A stretch of 64,000 bases of DNA from Octopus vulgaris (taxonomy: Eukaryota), in contig OX597819.1 in assembly GCA_951406725.2 (NCBI GenBank), positions 74,276,001-74,340,000 on the forward strand, read 5' to 3'. The translations under genes were made by a program, and so were the position numbers. Position 1 is the stretch's first letter. Each line of letters begins with the position of its first letter. Below, piece after piece: positions 1-18,239 of this stretch. Below the pieces are notes generated by a model that saw only the letters and a program-made list of their open reading frames with translations, did not search any database and was not told where the DNA came from.

Positions 1-123
1 GCATATATACATACATATACATGTATGTATATATATATGTAGTATATAACGGACATGCCTTCTGTTTCAACGTATAAGGCTCCGGCAATGTATATATATA
101 TGTACATATATATATATATTTAT

Positions 124-203
<80 letters not shown>

Positions 204-208
204 GAATG

Positions 209-253
<45 letters not shown>

Positions 254-308
254 ATGTATATGTATATATATATATATATGTGTGTATTTATATATATATA
301 GGTATATG

Positions 309-362
<54 letters not shown>

Positions 363-1442
363 CATAATAATGAGCTAACAATCGTACTGACTTTCATGGG
401 AAACATGTATTTTTGTGGTTGAAACCTTTTGGATTAACTGGTGCTAGAGTGAGCCATATAGTGACCACTCTCTTATATTTATTTTGTAAAAATATTATAA
501 TATATTATAAAATATTATAATAATCCAGGTTTCTCGGAGCACTAGGCCACTTGGTGTTGAATAGATATACTATTAAATTAGTATCTAATTCTCTCACCCT
601 TATTAATTAATTATAATTATGCTGCATTTATTTCTAAATGCTGTATTTGTTTTCCGTGAAAGTTTGGCGCGCTGTTAGTTGGGGCATTTGAATTATAACG
701 TCGGATGTAATCAATTGAATCACACGCGTATTTATCGTTATGGTAAAATCTGGCGTGTGATTGAGTGGATTTCATCCAGATAGTTTTGGCTGACGAGCTA
801 CAAGTGGATTTTTGTAAATTCCCATATTAAATGTAGGAAGTAGAAAACTTGTGATTGTTTTGCTAGTGGATTTCCCCACATGTAACTACTGAAGTGTATA
901 TAAATGAAAGAGAGTGAGTAATTGAATGATTAGTTGAATTCAATGTTAGCAACGTGTGAGGATGAACTTATAAAGGCTCTCGTAACATTATTTAACATGT
1001 TTATTTTCATAACAAAATATGAGAAAATGTTCAAATGTGAGTATAGTGTTTTCTGTTAAGTAACATACATACATCCATAACTACATTACATACCTATGTA
1101 CAGACACACACATAATTACACCACCCCCCACACACACACAGATGTATATATAGATATATATATACCTACTTACCCAAAATATCAGAAAATGTTGAAATGT
1201 GAGTATAGTGTTTTCTCTTGAATAACGTACATACACGCATACATATACACATAATAATATATACGTGCATACATACATATGTATTCTTGTATATATATGT
1301 AAATATATACTTACGTATATATATACATATATATGTATATATATACATTCATATATATATCCATGTACAAATATGTGTGTACACATACATATATAAATAC
1401 ATATATATGTGTGTATATATACTTATATTTATATATATATGC

Positions 1443-1491
<49 letters not shown>

Positions 1492-1605
1492 TATATATAT
1501 ATGCCATTAAACAAAATGATGGATTCACATCACCTCATTACAACTGTTTCCAGTGTATTTCTTTAACAGATGAAAGTTCCTATCGGCTTTGAATCCTTTG
1601 TGTTG

Positions 1606-1703
<98 letters not shown>

Positions 1704-1789
1704 CATATATATATATCCTGTTATTTTTTCATTCTTTTATGTGTTTCAATCCAATGACTGTGTCCATGTTGCAACACCGCTATTGTAAT

Positions 1790-4427
1790 CATCTTTCCAT
1801 TTTCCATCTTTATCGGAGTGTCTTTTGGTGAAGGATGGAGTTCGATGTTACTGCCCTTTTCTTAGTTTCTTGCCTAGTTATTGGCTGATCCGGGATCTCG
1901 GTAAGCCAGAGGTCAAGTTCGCGTTTGAAAATGTCTACATCCACTCCGTGAAGGCTCCTCAGATGCTTCGGTAGACAGTTAAACAGCTGTGACCCCATGA
2001 AACCCATGCTATTGCAGTACGTCGTCCTTACCCGAGATGAATCATTCGGCACAATAGGGACAGCACAGTGACGTCCTGTTCGTGGTCTGGTGTAGCTCTT
2101 TATTCCAAAGCTTGGTACCAATCCTTCCAGCATCTTCCATATATATATCACTGCATACCTCTCCTGCCTTTGTTCCAGGGAATATAGTTACAGCTCTTTC
2201 AACCTGTCCCAGTAGCTCAATCATTCCATTGATGCAATTATTTTTGTGTAATGTCGTTGGACTGCTTCAAGCTCTGCCATCGTCCTTGTAGTATAAGGTG
2301 ACCATAGCTGAGAACAGTAGTCCAGCCGGCTGAGGATAAATGACTTTTATAGTGTCATCATAGTTTCTTGGTCCCTTGTCCGGAAGGTTTTCAGAATCCA
2401 ACCGGCCAGTCTTTTGGATACTGCTACCATTTTGTTTATATGTGTGTGAAATGAGGCATTGTTGCTCATTTCTCTTCCAAGATCACGCACCGTATTTGAT
2501 TCTGGGATCGTTGCTCCACTTAGTCCAACGTACTGATGTCATAATTCCTGAGCAGTGCTTAACTGGTAGCGGAGGGCCTGGAATTTACTTGCATTAAATT
2601 GCATGTTGTTATCCTCAGCCCATGTATAGATGGCGTCTAGATCTTTCTGCAAGAGCATAGCATCAGAGGTTTCCTTGACTGACTGTGCGACTTTTGTGTC
2701 GTCTGCATAGCTGGTAAGCATGGATGCCCCTGTCACTGTTGACATATCCGATGGGGCCACTATGAAAAGCAGTGGCCCCAGCACAGTGCCCTGGGGCACT
2801 CCACTCACTATTAGTGTCTCTGTGGAGAGAGCTCCGTTGGCTGCTACAGTTCGGCTCCTGTCCTTTAGGAAATCATGGAGCCACTCTCCAACTTTACCTG
2901 TGATGCCGAGTCCCCGTATTTTGTGGCATATCATTCCATGGTCGACCTTGTCAAATGCCTTCGCAAAGTCGAGGTATGCCACATCCACTTTTGAGCAGTT
3001 CATTAAATGCTTCAGTACCCAGTCATAGCGTCGCAGAAGCTGTGTAAAACAGCTCTTTCCCGGGCCAAAGCCATGTTGGGTGTCAGAGAGCAGGTCATTG
3101 TCCTCAAGGAACTCAATCAGTCTTTTCCTGACAATGAGCTCCATGACTTTACTGACGTGGGCGGTCAAGGAGACAGGTCTATAATTCCTAGCCCCTGCCC
3201 TGCTTCCCCCCTTATTCTCTCTTTTAGTTTTTTAGGGAGTTTCCCCATCCTGGGGAATTCCTGGAAAAGGATTTGAAGCGGTCTAGCTAGAGCTCTTTTA
3301 CATTTCTTTAGGAGAATTGCAGGGAATCCATTAGGGCCCGTTGCCGAGTTCGAATTCAGCTCTTCAATGGCTAATATCACATCAGTTTCCTCTATGTTGA
3401 TGTTATCAATAGTTGCCATTTCACAATGCGTGTCTTCGGGTCAAAGAACCTATCCGGCACATTCACTCATAGCTTCCCCAGCGGGATTCTGAAAGCACTC
3501 TTGTATTGTGCATTCAGTAATTCACTGATCCTCTGGGGTCCGCAGTTTGTGAGCCGTTTTCATTTAGTAGCAGTCCTATTTTGTAACGCACTGAAGCAGA
3601 TTCTTTCGCATATCTATAGAAGGCCTTAGGGTCCGCTTTAATGTTTTTGATATCCCTGGCTTCCTTTTCTGCCCTTTCCTTTTCATGGGTAAGTTTGAGT
3701 GCATTTTCAATTTCAAGCAAAGTGCATTCGAGCTGGATTCGTTTGAAATCTTTTAGGTGTCCATTTAGACAGTTTGAGATTTTTGCTCTTCGTCTCATTA
3801 GTACCCTCCTATCCCTGGGTATTATATTATTCTTCGCCCGTTGATTTGGTGTTCTCTTTGGGGAAGTAATGCAGATATCATATCTGTTTGCTATGAAGTT
3901 CTGTAGTTTCATGTCGATGTTTTCCCCTGAGAAGATTGTGGACCAGTTACATTTGAGGACCTCTTTCTCAATGCCCTTCCAGTCAGCTTAGTGGAAATTC
4001 AGGCTAGAGATGAGATGAGCGTTTCTAGTATTTCGTATGTCCGTGGTCTTTTGCGGTCCATACATCACTAGTTCTATTAGATTATGGTCCGAAAAAAAGC
4101 GTCAGTGTCACTTTCACGTTATGTATGAGTGCCGAGCTGTTTGTGAAACATAGGTCCAGGATATTCTTCCCCCTTGTGTAGTGATGCACCATCTGCTCCA
4201 TAAAGAGTGTGTCAGTGAAGTCAAGCAAATACTCTGCATGCTTCCGATTTTGCAGTGACATACTTGAAAGGGGACAACCCTCTGGCTATTTTACATGAGG
4301 TAGATTGAAATCCCCTAAGAGAAGTATGTGCAGATCGTTGTCGAGATTCGTCAAAACATCTCTCATTTTATGGAGGCATTCTTCAAACGAGTTCTCATAA
4401 TCTGGCGCATCTGGTGGGCGATATGTG

Positions 4428-4430
<3 letters not shown>
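1790..4430 (-). mobile_element. Decayed CR1-group LINE (APE endonuclease + reverse transcriptase), 5'-truncated and frameshifted
   Basis: ORF pieces YRPP...LLLGDFNLP (endonuclease), QHGF, YLDFAKAFDKVDH, SGVPQGTVLGPLLF, YADD (RT), C-terminal LFNCLP...FKRELD; several stops and frameshifts. Confidence 0.92.
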
Positions 4431-4487
<57 letters not shown>

Positions 4488-4621
4488 TTCAGTGTGCGTG
4501 TGCGTGTGTTAATGATCTGCAGATACGCGGTATTTCGACATGCAATCATAACATACTATAAAATTTACTAAACTTTCTTAAAAGTCAATACCCTGCTGTA
4601 CTGTGTTAGCAGTGCGATTTT

Positions 4622-4631
4622 ATGGCACTTG
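4622..4631 (+). CDS. Candidate first coding exon of gene A (ATG GCA CTT G, phase 1)
   Basis: ATGGCACTTG|gtaagg gives the required phase 1 (MAL-D-WQYIF...); TATAAAA at 4557-4563. Alternative: 6201-6225 (MFSSLFTT-H, weaker donor gtgaaa, TATATAA at 6017-6023). The donor overlaps the edge of a foldback element, so it may be chance. Confidence 0.35.
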
Positions 4632-4635
4632 GTAA

Positions 4636-4882
4636 GGTTACCTCGACAGATATTCTAGAGAAATTCGAGCCAGCATTGATTTTGGTTACGACGTTTCGTA
4701 TACGAGACATCAGATATAAGCAAGCAATGAGATCCAAAATGAAAAATGGTTAATGGGCGTCCATTGCCCATCGCCCATTACTCATTTTCGCTCTTCGATC
4801 TCGTTATTTTTTACATCTGATGTCTCGGATACGAAACGTCGTAACCAAAATCAGTGCTGGCTCTAATTTCTATTGAATAACC
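4636..4882. mobile_element. Foldback/MITE-like element
   Basis: ~110-bp imperfect inverted arms (gagccagcattgattttggttacgacgtttcgtat... / ...atacgaaacgtcgtaaccaaaatcagtgctggctc). Confidence 0.65.
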
Positions 4883-4895
4883 TTCACAAGTAATA

Positions 4896-4966
<71 letters not shown>

Positions 4967-5242
4967 GTGTGTGTGCGCGCGTGCGTGTGTGTGTGTGTGT
5001 ATTTATCTGTGTCTGTCTTTGGGCCTGTATTTCTTCCCCAGCCATCGTTTGACTAACGATGTTGATGTGTTGGTGTAATTTAGCGGTGTTCTTCAAAAGA
5101 AACCGATGGAAAAGCTACTATACTTAGAAACAATAAGGTCTGGGGCCGATTTCTTCGACTAAAACACTGTAAGGTGGTGCTTTAGCATGGCCGCAGTCAA
5201 ATGACTGTAACAAATAATGGAGTAAAATAATAAACTCATATG

Positions 5243-5285
<43 letters not shown>

Positions 5286-5287
5286 GT

Positions 5288-5688
5288 GGCGCAGGAGTGG
5301 CTGTGTGGTAAGTAGCTTGCTTACCAACCACATGGTTCCGGGTTCAGTTCCACTGCGTGGAACCTTGGGCAAGTGTCTTCTACTATAGCTTCGGGCCGAC
5401 CAAAGCCTTGTGAGTGGATTTGGTTGACGGAAACTGAAAGAAGCCCGTCGTATATATGTATATATATGCGTGTGTGTGTTTGTGTGTCTGTGTTTGTCCC
5501 CCTAGCATTGCTTGACAACCGATGCTGGTGTGTTTATGTCCCCGTTACTTAGCGGTTCAGCAAAAGAGACCGATAGAATAAGTACTGGGCTTACAAAAGA
5601 ATAAGTCCCGGTGTCGAGTTGCTCGATTAAAGGCGGTGCTCCAGCATGGCCGCAGTCAAATGACTGAAACAAGTAAAAGAGTAAAAGA

Positions 5689-5690
<2 letters not shown>
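5288..5690 (+). mobile_element. tRNA-headed SINE family 1 (central microsatellite)
   Basis: Box A-like tggctgtgtggtaag and box B-like ggttcagttcc. Related copies at about 5030-5225, 12730-12860(-), 19210-19585(-), 36905-37290, 40000-40200(-), 40297-40456 + 41790-42000, 42740-42870(-), 46260-46410(-). Confidence 0.8.
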
Positions 5691-5758
<68 letters not shown>

Positions 5759-5873
5759 CAACAATTGAGGAACGGCTTCGATAGGCCATTCAACCCACTA
5801 GAAAGAGCAGCCAGGACTCAAACCGCCAAGTAGTAGTAATTCAGAAATTAAAGGAAAATTAAAAAACATTTAC

Positions 5874-5913
<40 letters not shown>

Positions 5914-6341
5914 GAGACAGAGAGAGAGATAAAGAGATGTATGATGAACAGGAATTTTGTGAATTGAATATTTCTATTTTTACCATCACAGTGCAGTGCA
6001 TTGTTTTTAGTTCTATTATATAATTATCGCACTCAATTCCTATGGTAGAACAAAACAACAACAAAACACTTATAACGTGGCCTTCTTCCACTCAGCCAAA
6101 TATCTATTCACTTCTCTTTAACACACTACACAAGAAATTATGGTTTATATTTAGTGGAAATATGTTAAATATTTGTGAATATCGTTTATTGAGTTCCAAA
6201 ATGTTCAGCTCATTGTTTACTACACGTGAAAAACTAACAGCGACTTATCGAGTTATTTCTTTTTAATAATAACAATTCCTTCAATGTCTCCCTTTCCTTC
6301 TAAATGTTCCTTAATGGTATTTTTTTTCCATTTTCCCGTAG

Positions 6342-10632
<4,291 letters not shown>

Positions 10633-10744
10633 TTAATTCTTGTTATAATATTTGTAGGACCAATCTCAGTTAGAGAAAAATCAGATACAAGTGTATCGTT
10701 TCAATTATGTAGAAGTGTTTTAGCTTCACCACTTAATAATCATA

Positions 10745-11003
10745 TCGATTTATAATCGAAAATAATATATATTTCTAAGATATTTAATAAATATCTATAT
10801 TTAATATCGTATCACAACGATGTTCTTCGTATTACGCCAGTGAGAATGTGGCGTATCAATTTATATGGTGCTTCTTTTTCCCAAATTGTCCAGCTAATAT
10901 CAAAAAGACGGCTGCCATATATATATACATTTATCTGCGTTATTTTATTCATTTTATAAATAATTCGTTTTTCTATTCCATTTGATAATATTTTTATCTT
11001 TTA

Positions 11004-11040
<37 letters not shown>

Positions 11041-11568
11041 TATTACAATACATTACACCAATAGTACTTTCATGTATGCATATATATGTGTGTGTGTGTG
11101 TGCGCGTGCGTGCGTGTATGTATGTATGTATGTATGTATGTATGTATGTATGTATGTATGTATGTATGTATGTATGTATGTATATACGCGCTAACATCAT
11201 TTCTATTATTTATTATATAAATTAGAAATATGTTTTTGTATGGAAACATTAAATTCTATTTTATACTCAGTTATTTTTATACTTTGTTATATGAGTGGAT
11301 TACAACTTCGTTACAATATCCTTACTATATTGACTATATTTTCTTATCACATTTATAATCGAAAACAATATATATTTCTCCTTTATGAAATAAATATTTA
11401 ATATTGTGTTACATCGATGTTTTTGGTATTACACCATTTGGACTGACATATCATTCTATATATATATATATATATTGTATATATACATACCTATATCTAG
11501 GTTATTTTGTTCATTTTAGAAATAATTTATTTTTCTATTCCATTTGATAATTTTTTGATCCTTAATAC

Positions 11569-11624
<56 letters not shown>

Positions 11625-11741
11625 TACATACATACATACATACATAATGTAATATTTTGAATTCGCCTTAAATGGTCCTTTTACATACTGAATACTTGGT
11701 GAAATTGATTAATAACTAATTAATTTTACCCTCAATTGTTG

Positions 11742-11782
<41 letters not shown>

Positions 11783-11815
11783 TATATAAATATGTATGTA
11801 TACACACACACACAT

Positions 11816-11870
<55 letters not shown>

Positions 11871-12100
11871 CGATGTACTACACCTGTAGTACTTTCATGT
11901 ATATATATATATACGGCGACATCATTTTTATTATTCATTATATAAATGAGAAATATTTGTATTTTTGTATGGAAACAATAAATTGCTAATAATTTATCAG
12001 ACTGCCAATATTTTATTGTTTGTGTTATATTTTATTTTGCTATATGAGTGGATTACAACTTCGTTACAATATGTTTGAAATATCCTTGCTATATCGCAAT
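10745..12100. repeat. Imperfect tandem duplication (~600-750 bp unit) just 3' of gene A
   Basis: atttataatcgaaaa(t/c)aatatatatttct at ~10748 and ~11351; atgagtggattacaacttcgttacaatat at ~11291 and ~12044. Confidence 0.75.
10785..10790 (+). terminator. Candidate polyadenylation signal of gene A
   Basis: AATAAA about 150 nt after the stop codon; AT-rich context makes it non-unique. Confidence 0.35.
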
Positions 12101-12886
12101 TCTCCTATCGATGTTTTGTCCCAAGAATATCTTTACCATTAGCATTTGTTATTGGGAAATATTTGTGCAAATCATTGCTGTAAAAGAATCCGTCTGGAAT
12201 CGTTCTTAACTATCTGAGTCCCTGATCGATGATTTACCAGTCAGAATACACCCATCTTAGAAACTCTTAATAAACACAAACTTGATTTAGTAGAAATAAG
12301 TGATCCTTATTTACACTATTTACATTTGACGGATATTTGCCCTCATCTTGTTTGTTGTTAACACAACGTTTCGGCTGATATACCTTCCAGCCTTCATCAG
12401 GTATCTTGAGGAAATTTCGAACCTGGGTTCTCATTCCTAAGGTATTTTTCGATATTATTATTATTATTATTATTATTCAGGTCACTGCCTGGAATCGAAC
12501 TCGGATCTTGGGGTTAGTAGCCCACGCTCATAACCACTACGACATATATAGGACAAATATCCGTCAAATATAAATAATGTACATAATTCTTCATCTCTTA
12601 AATATAGAACTATATGTAAAGTGATGCTTTTAAGTGTGGGAGAAATGTGTATTTGTTTTTATCAAGTGACTGGGAAAACCTGTTCTTTCAATTTTCTAAA
12701 CTGATTGCTAAAATAGTCATCAAAATGGTAAATCCACTCACAAGGCTTTGGCCCGCCCGTGGCTATAGTAGAAGACACTTGCCCAAGGTGCAACGCAGTG
12801 GGACTGAAACCGGAATGATGTGGTTGGTAAGCAAGCTACTTACCACACAGCCACTCCTGCATATATATATATATATATATATATAG

Positions 12887-13125
12887 GCATAATTAAATCT
12901 CAGAATGAGATTGAAACAGTAATCGCTCAATAATGTAAAGTATAGAAGCCATCTTATCATGGCTAACCACATTGGGGAGGGGGTGTTACTGTAGCTTTAT
13001 AGCCCCAAGCTATAAAGCTACAGTAACACCCCCTCCCCAATGTGGTTAGCCATGATAAGATGGCTTCTATACTTTACATTATCGAGCGATTACTGTTTCA
13101 ATCTCATTCTGAGATTTAATTATGC
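12887..13125. repeat. Near-perfect 117-bp-arm palindrome with 5-nt loop
   Basis: Arms 12887-13003 and 13009-13125, one mismatch seen. Confidence 0.9.
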
Positions 13126-13431
13126 TTACTGTTCGTTTTTCGACATCAGTGGCAGACGCCATTAGAAAAACTTATATCTATTTGCAAAGGAGCCTTCTCT
13201 TTCATCGCTACCTGGTGGTTACTGCCCGTTGACGAGGGACAACAATCCCGAAACTAGTTCGAGCGTATCACTCAGGCTTGCGAGGAAGGGATGGCCTCCC
13301 TTTGCAAATACTCCAAGGACACAGATATTGTGTCTAAAGCCAGCTTGAGACGAAGATCTCTTGGGGCTATAAAGCTACAGAAACACCCCCTCCCCAATGT
13401 GGTTAGCCATGATAAGATGGCTTCTATACTT

Positions 13432-13436
<5 letters not shown>
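12931..13436. mobile_element. MITE with ~75-bp TIRs, related to the foldback at 39276-39573
   Basis: Left end atgtaaagtatagaagccatc...gccccaag and its reverse complement at 13360-13436; shares actgtagcttxtagcccca and tttgcaaa motifs with the 39.3-kb element. Confidence 0.6.
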
Positions 13437-13498
<62 letters not shown>

Positions 13499-13499
13499 G

Positions 13500-14480
13500 G
13501 GTACAGGATGTCACAAAACCTAAACAACATGAAATATGAAGTGCGAAAACATGGAATACGAATTTTTTTTATGCGAACAACGAAAGAAACAAATGGAAAT
13601 CAAGACAAGTAACATAAAGAATGACCCTTCATCAGTTGTCGGCTCTTTTTCTGCTCCATATTTTGAGCAGTTCACGACAAGATTTGCCTTCGAGAAAACA
13701 GTTGTTCCAGCAAACCAAAATAAACTTTGGGATTTGCAGAGTGTTAATGTTGGTAACGAAAACTGGACAGTGAAAACAAACATTGTGGGCTGCTGAGCCA
13801 TTCGAGGTAAGGTGGCGAACGCTGGAGGAACAAGCTTTGACAGAAGAAAAGATAGGAGAGGAGACAGACAAGAATGCGTCTGATCTGTGACGGAATGCGT
13901 CGGATCAAGTGAGCGCATCCATTTCCAAGTATGTTTATCTTAATAATTTCTATGTGACTTTAACCTGTACTGTTCTTTTTCTCTCTCTCCTTTTTCGTTT
14001 TCTCTCTCTTCCTTTCTCTAATTTTTTTCTCCCCTTCTCCCCCTTTCGTTTTTTCTCTCTCATTCTTTCTCTAATTCTTTTCCCCCTTCACCGTTTTCTG
14101 TTTATCTCTCTCTCTCTCTCTCACTCTTCCTCCTTTACTCTCTCGTTGCTCACAAATGACCATCGGCCATCTTTATTTTCCTCACTTGATCATCTTTCTT
14201 TTCTTCCAGCTTGTGTCACAGTTTGTAAGGAATAAAATCGAAGAATAAAGAGTAAAATTAGAAGAACTGTGAACATTATTCCCCTGCCGATATTCTTCTA
14301 ACTACTTTTACTCTTCTAACTAATTTTACTACTTCATTCGTCTGTTTTATTCTTTATAAACCGTAAATTTTATTCCTGGTAAACTGTAAATTTTCCTCGT
14401 CAAAAATATTTATACCTTGTAAATACCCAGTGCACAGACATGCTAACCAACCACTTGGGTTATCCCAGAAACAACAGTAA
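13500..14480. mobile_element. Degraded repeat, possibly Penelope-like
   Basis: Minus-strand fragment SSVRHLTSNGS resembles the C-terminal part of GIY-YIG domains; weak. Confidence 0.3.
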
Positions 14481-14666
14481 GACTTCATATTCACATTATC
14501 CTAATTAAATGATTTTAAATGACTTGAGGTACTCGTTCTGCCTTTGTTTGATTTTTTCCTCTAATATAATATAATTTATGTGTATGTGTGTATTTATATA
14601 TATATATATATATATATAGTGCACGCACACACACATACACACAAACACACACACACACACACGCAT

Positions 14667-14736
<70 letters not shown>

Positions 14737-15176
14737 ACACGTGGCAATTTTGACTAGCGGGTGTTGGTGCAGCCATCTATGGTTGCTGTCGGAGTAAGAG
14801 ACACAGAGAAAGAGAGTTTGTTAAGAAATAGAAGGGAGGAAGAATTTTTCCCCCAGGGGAGAGAACTGCTCAGGGCTTATATTATTATTTATTTTTCTCT
14901 AGGATTGTCATGCAAGGTCGTCTTCTGAGTGTCAAACGATACGAAATAATGTTTCCTTGTAATTCGTTTTATTTTTCTCATTTTGGGTCTCCTAGTAGCT
15001 GCAGATAACGTCATTTCTTCTTATTGGAGTTTATCAATATAACGTAATTTGGATTCATGATACTAGTTGGTCTATGTTCATTTGAGACACTTAAGAACAA
15101 CTCTATACGATCGATCCGTTTTTCTTCTGTTATTTTTTCTTTCTTGTTCTCTTAAGTGTGGAGAAACGGAGTGAAG

Positions 15177-15263
<87 letters not shown>

Positions 15264-15269
15264 GTCTGT

Positions 15270-15490
15270 CTCCGCGTGTGTACCGTTGGCGATTTTTTTC
15301 CTCCGTCTTCCCTTCTTAGGATCTTTCCTTTTCCTATGTTTCTGACGAAGAGCTCTGTTCGAAACGTTAAATCCTCCTTCTTTCCTTCTTTCCTTCTTTC
15401 CTGAGCGTCCAATAATACTATATTTGTTCCACGTCCTCGCGTTGTTGTGTTTTCTCTTTGTGTTTTCATGTTTGGATTAACTGTATATCT
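15270..15490 (-). repeat. Dispersed ~210-bp repeat (second copy 52564-52770, opposite strand)
   Basis: gttaatccaaacatgaaaa(c/t)acaaagagaaaacacaacaacgcgag...aaaaatcgccaacgg present in both places. Confidence 0.8.
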
Positions 15491-15842
15491 ATATATATTC
15501 CCAGCGTTCACTATTTTTCTCCTGTTTTAGTCTAACGGCCCTCCCTCCATGTTTTTTATTCGTTCGGTTTCCTTGTATGTGTCCACTGTCATTTTTTTAT
15601 TCCCAACTTTGACCCTCATTGAACCCTAAATTTTATTTTAGAAGTTATGGCAGCAACTGTCTTTGAAGGCTCATATCGTCGTTGAAGGCTCATATCGTCG
15701 TTGAATTCTCGAAATGAGGAGCAGATAGATAGCCGAAAACTTATGAAGGTTCTTTCTCTGTGTTTACTTGTATATATATATATATATATATATGTGTGTA
15801 TATATATATACACACACACACATACATACATACATACATACA

Positions 15843-15926
<84 letters not shown>

Positions 15927-16014
15927 AATCTCTGAGCGCACGATATATATATATATATATATCGTTTATAAAAAACATAAATCCGAAAGCAGAAGCTTAC
16001 TCTGAGATATAGGA

Positions 16015-16210
16015 CAGTATATATTGAAAATGAGGAAGGCCGGTGTAGAGGCTTACCTTAGGCTTCTCGCCCTTAAAGGAATTCGCTGTATGGCTTATCC
16101 TCAGATCCCAAAACCGGCAGGCCCAGACGATACTCCATAAGGCTAAACTCTTTATGAACGGGAAACCTAAGGCAATCCCATAAACCGGCCTTCCCCATTT
16201 TTAATACATA
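16015..16210. mobile_element. Short MITE-like inverted-repeat element
   Basis: aaaatgaggaaggccggt...ccttagg / cctaagg...accggccttccccatttt. Confidence 0.5.
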
Positions 16211-17574
16211 TATATACATATACATACATAATTGTATACAGCAAGATCATTTCACCTTCTAACACTGAGAGCGTCCTTGACAGTTTGTTCCACTGTTAAA
16301 CTCTCTGCTTTTAAGACCTTCTGTTATTGATCGCCGGCACCTGTCCTTTGGTCGCCATGTCTTGTTTTACCTTGTTATACATCTCTGTTATATTTATTCC
16401 CGTACATCAATGTTGTTATAGTAAATTAAGCAAAGTATGGATAACAGCTCGGATGGCATGAAATATACAAGTAACGTATTTCTATTTATACACAGTGGAT
16501 GAACACACATATGTGCACGCGCACATGCGCGCTATCACCCCACCACCACCAAATAGCAAAATTCCGTAACAGTTATTGTTTCTTTTAGTAAAAAAATAGA
16601 AATAAGCGGCGTTAGGGGTAATTCCCAAACTAGTTGCAAACTATCTCACATACTTTCAGAGTTACTGGCCTTCTCCGGCTTCTACTAAACATATTTCTGA
16701 CATACGTAAATACCCAAGCAACATTTATGCATGTGATAAGAAAACTGTTTTGTCATATGTTGAATTTCAAGTCTAATTGCAGTGAACTCTCATTAAAGTG
16801 TCCTAATAACAAGAAGGCTGTCCGTTGTAGCCGAGTGTTTGTCTTATGTTAGTTTATATCTACTTGCCAAGGTCGATTTCGCTTTTTATCATTTCGGGGT
16901 CGATAAAATAAGCAAAATATGTACCAGTCATGTGCTGAGGTCGATGTAATCAATTAAATCCCGCCCTTAAAATGTTTGGGTTTGTATCAAATGTGAAACC
17001 ATTAATGATATAAGGCTCCACAGATCCACCCCCGCATTCGTAAAAGTTGGAGATGGACTGAGTCAGAGCTGCTCTAAACAGTTTAACAAGAGCTTCTTCT
17101 TTTTTGTCTTGCAGGTTACTTGGTGACCATGTTATTGCAGGTGCGACTTAGAAAAGCATTCAGTGCACACTGTAAAGTGGTTGGTGTTTGGAAGGGCATC
17201 CAGCTATAAAAAAACCCGGCCAAAACAGACCTTGCCTGTGCTTATGCTACGTAAAACGCATTAAGTCCAAACTGATGAGTAGCTGGAAGGGCATCCAGCT
17301 GTAAAAAATCCTGCCAAAACAGTCACAGAAGTCTGGTGCAACCTTCTGCCTGACCGGCTCTTGTGCTATTGTCCCATCCATGCTATCATCGGAGGTTGAC
17401 GTTAAACAATGATGGTGGTGGTGGTGGTGGTGGTGGTGGTGATGATGATGAGGAGGAGGAGGATGAGGAGGATGTTGGGTTGCCAAAGAATTGGGTGGAA
17501 GAATCAAACAAATTTCAACTGTTTATAATAGTGATGTTATTTCCAAGTCATGAGGTTTCTTCTCACTGGTTCAC

Positions 17575-17860
17575 CGTCGGATTTCCAAGGGTTCCAGTTG
17601 ATCCAATCAATGGAACAGTTTACTCGTGAAATTAACGTGCAAGTGACTGAGTACTCCACAGACACGTGTACCCTTAATATATTTCTCAGCTGGCCCTTTT
17701 GAATTACAGGTACACCTCATTTTTGGCAGCTCAATGGACTGGAGCAACGAGGAATAAAATATGTTTCTTAAGATCACAACGTTCCAACTTACCGGGAATC
17801 GAACTCTTGACCTTATGATTGTGAGCCGAATTCGCTAACCGATGAGCCACACGTCTTCAT
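17575..17860 (-). mobile_element. tRNA-headed SINE family 4
   Basis: Shared body ttccagttgatcc...tcgtgaaattaacgtgcaagtg(g)ctgagtactccacagacac. Copies at ~35950-36080, 39745-39940, 44110-44435. Confidence 0.7.
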
Positions 17861-18239
17861 GAAATTACCTGATAGTATCGCTGAACATCAGTTTCTATCG
17901 ATAACTCAAAAGATGAGATGAATTTGTTTAGAGATTTTTGAAGAACAGGACGGTTCTTCTAATACAGTGGTTCCTAAAGTGGACGGTACTGTCCCGACTC
18001 CTAGGGTCGGTGGAAAGATCTAAGGGGTGTTGAATAAAAATGGGGTGACCAAAACATGGCAATGGATGATAAAGAAACAAACAAAATAATGTGATAATTA
18101 TGTTGAGTTTTCATTGTGAAACACTGTTGTTTTGAATTTGCTACAGAAAATGGTTTATATCTGTGATGGTGAGTGGAGGGGGTGGTTGGAATGCAGCCTT
18201 AGAACTTAGTACACAGATGTAAATGCAAATGTGTGTGCT

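Noticed and set aside
67-1831. YI/CV/HT-repeat and poly-I/L/N/M ORFs here and throughout the window
   Set aside because: Translations of (TA)n, (CA)n, (TATG)n and trinucleotide microsatellites; no coding signal
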